32,000 nucleotides of DNA from Trichodesmium erythraeum IMS101 (GTDB lineage: Bacteria > Cyanobacteriota > Cyanobacteriia > Cyanobacteriales > Microcoleaceae). Within the stretch, counting starts at the first letter, position 1. Each line of letters begins with the position of its first letter. The notes beneath the pieces were generated by a model. It was not told where the DNA came from. It did not search any database and was given only the letters and a program-made list of their open reading frames with translations. The DNA is taken from contig NC_008312.1 of NCBI RefSeq assembly GCF_000014265.1, positions 6,030,001-6,062,000 of the forward strand, read 5' to 3'. A program made the position numbers and the translations under genes. Positions 27,499-32,000 of this stretch are shown piece after piece.

Positions 27499-27968
27499 AC
27501 CTTGTAATTTTTCAATGTCCTAATTAGGTATTGATGGTTATTATTGAGCATAAAATCAGGTCTCGAGTTTTTACTTTTAAAGGCTAGGGAAAGAGGTGCC
27601 TTTTGTATTTCAAGTCTTTGGCTTTAGTCGGGGTACTGATAAGGGCTGTATATTGTTTGCCCAAGGTTTAGCTGTAAGTTATGGCTGGGGAATTGCTAAA
27701 TGAAAAATACTATGTGTCTTTTTTTTCTGTGTTATTGAATTTTATTTTTGATTGAGTTAAATATAGATTTATTATAGTTGTTCTTTTGAAGAGTTTTGAG
27801 GGTGTTGCTTACCAAAACTAGTTTCCAGATTTTCTGAAGAATGAGATTATTTACTACAATAAAAATAACTAGGAATTATCGGCTTATGGGGGAGACTTTA
27901 AACTAAGTTTTTTGGTAAAATTTTGGTAGATTGAGTTAAAGTTTGAATAAAAAACCAAAAAAAATATC

Positions 27969-29126
27969 ATGCAGGCAGGTTGGCGAATTGGAAGTTTATT
28001 TGGTATTTCTTTATTGTTGGATTATTCCTGGTTTATAATTCTAATTTTGGCAGCATATTTTCATGGTCAATATTACCAACAGGAATGGGGGAGTTTTTTG
28101 GCTTGGGGTGCGGGATTGGTAATTGCTATATTACTATTTTGCTCTGTAGTTTTACATGAATTGGGTCATAGTTTAGTTACTATTTCTCAAGGGATAAAGA
28201 TTAATTCTATAAGGTTGTTTCTATTTGGTGGAGTTGCTTTAAGAGAGAGGGATTATAGGAGTCCTGGAGAGGCTTTTCAGGTGGCGATCGCTGGACCTTT
28301 GGTGAGTTTGGTTTTGTTCTTTTTATTAGGTGTAATAAGTTTACTATTTCCAACATCAAGTTTAATTGGGGAGTTAATTAATAGGGTAGCAGAAATAAAT
28401 TTGATTTTAGGGGTTTTTAATATAATTCCTGGGTTACCTTTGGATGGGGGACAAATATTAAAGGCGGTTGTTTGGAAAATAACTGGTAGTCGTTTTACTG
28501 GTATAAGATGGGCTGCTAAGGGGGGTAAGGGTTTAGGATGGTTTGGGGTTGGTTTGGGGTTGATAATAGTTTTTATGACTAGAGATTACAATGTTTTTTT
28601 GATGGCTTTAATTGGCTGGTTTGCTTTGCGTAATGCTAGAATTTATCAGTACATGACTGATTTAAAGTCGACCTTAATTCATATTAAGGCTGTAGAGGTA
28701 ATGACTAGAAACTTTCGTGTAGTAGATGCAGATTTAACTCTGAGTCAGTTTCTGAGGAAATACCGTTTAAAAAGTTCTAAGTTTTCAACTTATTTTGCTG
28801 CTAGTATGGGTCGTTATGTTGGTTTTGTTTCTGCTGATGCTATTCCCTATATTGAAAAAAGTTATCGGGATACTCAAACTTTAAGGATGATTATTTGCCC
28901 TCTAAGTCATATGGTTACTGTGTCAGAAAAGGTGAGTTTATTAGAGGTTCTTAAGAAGATGGAATGTCATCAACAAAAGCAAATAACTGTGCTTTCTCCT
29001 GCTGGAACAGTGGCGGGAATAATTGATCAAGGTGATATTGTTCGAGGAATGGCTAAATACTTGAAGTTGAATATTTCAGAGGCGGAAATTAAGCTTGTGA
29101 AAACGGAGGGGGTGAGGAGGGGATAG
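27969..29126 (+). CDS. M50-family (site-2 protease type) zinc metalloprotease with C-terminal CBS pair, 385 aa
   Basis: HExxH as LHELGHSLV. Second metal-ligand motif NIIPGLPLDGGQIL. Multiple TM helices. The C-terminal ~140 aa show CBS-like repeats (VMTRNFRVVDADL..., ITVLSPAGTVAGIIDQGDIV). Confidence 0.85.
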   Translation: MQAGWRIGSLFGISLLLDYSWFIILILAAYFHGQYYQQEWGSFLAWGAGLVIAILLFCSVVLHELGHSLVTISQGIKINSIRLFLFGGVALRERDYRSPGEAFQVAIAGPLVSLVLFFLLGVISLLFPTSSLIGELINRVAEINLILGVFNIIPGLPLDGGQILKAVVWKITGSRFTGIRWAAKGGKGLGWFGVGLGLIIVFMTRDYNVFLMALIGWFALRNARIYQYMTDLKSTLIHIKAVEVMTRNFRVVDADLTLSQFLRKYRLKSSKFSTYFAASMGRYVGFVSADAIPYIEKSYRDTQTLRMIICPLSHMVTVSEKVSLLEVLKKMECHQQKQITVLSPAGTVAGIIDQGDIVRGMAKYLKLNISEAEIKLVKTEGVRRG

Positions 29127-29265
29127 AGTTGAGAAATATTTGGCAATGATTGAATATGGAATGTTTTTTGATTCTGAATGAAGGCAGATCTAATCGTTCT
29201 ATTGCCCTATTTATAATACTTTTCAAATTATCCCCATGCTCTAAAGTCTGTAAAGTTTCTCGCCA

Positions 29266-32000
29266 CTACCTCAACTCTTTCAACAGTTTATCGGTAAATG
29301 GGTTTTCTCCTGCCTGAAGTGCTTTTATCCATTCTTGTCGTTGTGCTTTTTTCTCTTCATTGCTTGTCCAGTCTACATAGGCTTGAAAATCTGCGATCGC
29401 TCCTTCAATATCCCCTGTTAATGCTCTGGCCAGTCCGCGACTATCAATAAGATTGACCTCTTTTGGGTTAAGAGCAACTGCTTTTTCACAGGCGAACATA
29501 ACACCATCAGCTTTTTTATAAAGACTACCATACCGACAAAGTGTATTCCAATAACTAGCAGAAATTTGGGTGGGGTCGATTTTTTCTGCTTTTTGGTAGG
29601 AGGCGATCGCTTCTTTAACTTTACCGACCGTGACAAGTGTCAGCCCTTTATTCAACAACGCATCCACTGCCTGATATCTAGCTTTAGCTTCTGGGTCAAG
29701 ATTTTGCCAAGTAGGGATAAATGCTATTTTATCAAGTTCTTTTGCTCGTTGGTATTTTTCCACTGCCGCCTCTATTTTTTCTTCTTCTGCTAATGTAGTT
29801 CCTTCCTCCATCAGTCTTTCTGCCTCAGCTAATGATGCTGCCAAACCTTTGAAATTTTGGTTAAGCTTGAGGTCTGGGTTCCATTTCAGTGCTTTCTTAA
29901 ATGTGGCAACTGCCTCTTTAACCTTTCCTTCCCTTGCCAGCTTCTCTCCCTCTATTACCCAACTACTAGCAGCTAATTCCTTGTGTTTGTCAGTCTGGCA
30001 AATTTCGAGTTCCTCTAACTCCTGGGGATGGCTAATCAAATAATCATTTAACCACTGGCAACCACGTTTAGTTAAATCTTCTATTCGCCAACCTGTCCAC
30101 AACTTCACTGTTTTGTCAGCACTTGCAGTTGCAATAGTCTTTCCATCGGGACTAAATGCTACAGCTTCGACCGAACTCTCATGGCCGGTGAGAGTCTGCA
30201 ATAATTTCCCCTGACGGTTCCACAACTTCACTGTATTGTCACGACTGGCAGAAGCAATAGTCTCTCCATCGGGACTAAATGCTATACCATAGACCGAATT
30301 CTTATGGCCGGTGAGAGTCTGCAATAATTTCCCCTGACGGTTCCACAACTTCACTGTATTGTCACGACTAGCAGTTGCTATAGTCTCTCCATCGGGACTA
30401 AATGCTATACCATAGACCGAATTCTCATAGCCGGTGAGAGTCTGCAATAATTTCCCCTCACGGTTCCACAACTTCACTGTTGTCCCACTGGCAGAAGCGA
30501 TAGTCTTTCCATCGGGACTAAATGCTATACCCCGGACCTCCTTCTCATGGCTGGTGAGAGTCTGCAATAAATTCCCCTCACGGTTCCACAACTTCACTGT
30601 TTTGTCACGACTTGCAGAAGCAATAGTCTCTCCATCGGGACTAAATGCTATACCCAAGACCCAATTCTTATGGCCGGTGAGAGTCTGCAATAATTTCCCC
30701 TGACGGTTCCACAACTTCACTGTTTTGTCATGACTGGCAGTTGCAATAGTCTCTCCATCGGGACTAAATGCTATACCATTGACCCCATTCTCATGGCCGG
30801 TGAGAGTCTGCAATAATTTCCCCTGACCGTTCCACAACTTCACTGTTTTGTCACCACCAGCAGTTGCAATAGTCTCTCCATCGGGACTAAATGCTATACC
30901 ATAGACCGAATTCTCATGGCCGCTGAGAGTCTGCAATAATTTCCCCTGACGGTTCCACAACTTCACTGTTTTGTCACCACCAGCAGTTGCAATAGTCTCT
31001 CCATCGGGACTAAATGCTATACCAAAGACCCCATTCTCATGGCCGGTGAGAGTCTGCAATAATTTCCCCTGACGGTTCCACAACTTCACTGTTTTGTCAC
31101 CACCAGCAGTTGCAATAGTCTCTCCATCGGGACTAAATGTTATACCCCAGACCGAATCCTTATGGCCGGTGAGAGTCTGCAATAATTTCCCCTGACGGTT
31201 CCACAACTTCACTGTATTGTCACCACTTGCAGAAGCAATAGTCTCTCCATCGGGACTAAATGCTATACCATAGACCCCCTTCTCATGGCCGGTGAGAGTC
31301 TGCAATAAATTCCCCTGACGGTTCCACAACTTCACTGTATTGTCACCACCAGCAGTTGCAATAGTCTCTCCATCGGGACTAAATGCTATACCATAGACCC
31401 AATTCTCATGGCCGGTGAGAGTCTGCAATAAATTCCCCTGACGGTTCCACAACTTCACTGTATTGTCACCACCAGCAGTTGCAATAGTCTCTCCATCGGG
31501 ACTAAATGCTATATCCCAGACCCCCTTCTCATGGCCGGTGAGAGTCTGCAATAATTTCCCCTCACGGTTCCACAACTTCACTGTTTTGTCATGACTGGCA
31601 GTTGCAATAGTCTCTCCATCGGGACTAAATGCTATATCCCAGACCCCCTTCTCATGGCCGGTGAGAGTCTGCAATAATTTCCCCTCACGGTTCCACAACT
31701 TCACTGTATTGTCAGCACTTGCAGAAGCAATAGTCTCTCCATCGGGACTAAATGCTATACCATAGACCTCATTCTCATGGCCCTGAATACGATTAATTTC
31801 TCTAAATTCATCATCTTTGTTGCGTTTGTAAACTGCGAAGCGGAGGGCATTTGTAATCTCACTAGCTTCATCAGTTGCTGGAAATTCACTATCAATTTGT
31901 TTTTGCCTTGCTTTCATAGCAGTCATCAACCCATCCCATCGCTGACCTGAAAGAGATAACTCTCTAGACTTATTTGCCTCAGTAATAGCATTTTTCTTTT
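29266..32000 (-). CDS. WD40-repeat (14 blades) plus C-terminal TPR protein; the 5' end lies beyond the window edge
   Basis: The frame stays open upstream of the track's start (31929 is a TTG) to position 32000, reading ...KKNAITEANKSRELSLSGQRWDGLMTAMKARQ. Fourteen 41-aa units follow: IAFSPDGETIAxAxxDxTVKLWNRxGxLLQTLTGHxxxVxG. The tail has TPR-like helices (KVKEAVATFKKALKWNPD, AVEKYQRAKELD, KVKEAIASYQKAEKIDP, GAIADFQAYVDW). Confidence 0.9.
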   Translation of the reverse strand, partial: KKNAITEANKSRELSLSGQRWDGLMTAMKARQKQIDSEFPATDEASEITNALRFAVYKRNKDDEFREINRIQGHENEVYGIAFSPDGETIASASADNTVKLWNREGKLLQTLTGHEKGVWDIAFSPDGETIATASHDKTVKLWNREGKLLQTLTGHEKGVWDIAFSPDGETIATAGGDNTVKLWNRQGNLLQTLTGHENWVYGIAFSPDGETIATAGGDNTVKLWNRQGNLLQTLTGHEKGVYGIAFSPDGETIASASGDNTVKLWNRQGKLLQTLTGHKDSVWGITFSPDGETIATAGGDKTVKLWNRQGKLLQTLTGHENGVFGIAFSPDGETIATAGGDKTVKLWNRQGKLLQTLSGHENSVYGIAFSPDGETIATAGGDKTVKLWNGQGKLLQTLTGHENGVNGIAFSPDGETIATASHDKTVKLWNRQGKLLQTLTGHKNWVLGIAFSPDGETIASASRDKTVKLWNREGNLLQTLTSHEKEVRGIAFSPDGKTIASASGTTVKLWNREGKLLQTLTGYENSVYGIAFSPDGETIATASRDNTVKLWNRQGKLLQTLTGHKNSVYGIAFSPDGETIASASRDNTVKLWNRQGKLLQTLTGHESSVEAVAFSPDGKTIATASADKTVKLWTGWRIEDLTKRGCQWLNDYLISHPQELEELEICQTDKHKELAASSWVIEGEKLAREGKVKEAVATFKKALKWNPDLKLNQNFKGLAASLAEAERLMEEGTTLAEEEKIEAAVEKYQRAKELDKIAFIPTWQNLDPEAKARYQAVDALLNKGLTLVTVGKVKEAIASYQKAEKIDPTQISASYWNTLCRYGSLYKKADGVMFACEKAVALNPKEVNLIDSRGLARALTGDIEGAIADFQAYVDWTSNEEKKAQRQEWIKALQAGENPFTDKLLKELR
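30060..31790 (-). repeat. 14 tandem 123-bp coding repeats (WD40 units) with very high nucleotide identity
   Basis: The strings ccacaacttcactgt, gcaatagtctctccatcgggactaaatgctata and ggtgagagtctgcaataatttcccct recur every 123 bp. Protein units 1 and 2 are identical and units 3 and 4 nearly so. Unit 11 has a 1-codon deletion. Confidence 0.95.

Noticed and set aside
29418-30703. ORFs 29418..29636(-), 29566..29793(+), 29849..30043(+) and 30434..30703(+) within the WD40/TPR gene
   Set aside because: They overlap a strongly supported 887+ aa CDS in other frames or strands and show repeat-driven or low-complexity sequence.

Overview
AT-rich cyanobacterial chromosome segment. Evidence for the taxon: 11 copies of the HIP1 octamer GCGATCGC, plus phycobilisome, PSI and PSII genes. 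The low coding density (about 57% by my tally of the calls below), group II intron content and many local tandem duplications resemble a Trichodesmium-like filamentous marine cyanobacterium; that assignment is inference only. Left third (1-10.3 kb) looks like an accessory or conflict island. It holds a membrane-anchored TPR-CHAT (caspase-fold) protein whose promoter and 5' end were tandemly duplicated twice. Next comes a 0.93 kb nested tandem array of unknown function. Then a DpnM/Dam-type N6-adenine methyltransferase gene, split after codon 16 (inside the WAGGK motif) by a 2376-bp group II intron. The intron-encoded protein has lost RT catalytic residues, and its HNH module is an out-of-frame relic. 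Downstream lies a 419-aa PD-ExK nuclease candidate, now separated from the methylase by about 0.94 kb; a relic copy of the methylase 3' end sits just before its ATG. The middle section is housekeeping: cpcS-type bilin lyase, cpcG, GAF histidine kinase, PadR, a group 3 sigma factor, psbO, trpF, psaK and an M50-CBS protease. These are interspersed with a mobile-element graveyard (decayed IS630 element, solo IS end, another transposase fragment, orphan group II intron 3' end, TnpB relic with RE-like repeats) and long non-coding tracts. Right end: an RTX-type Ca-binding repeat protein, and a 5'-truncated gene with 14 near-identical 41-aa WD40 repeats plus a TPR tail. No tRNA, rRNA or CRISPR array was recognised. 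All calls come from reading the sequence and the ORF track; no database search was run.
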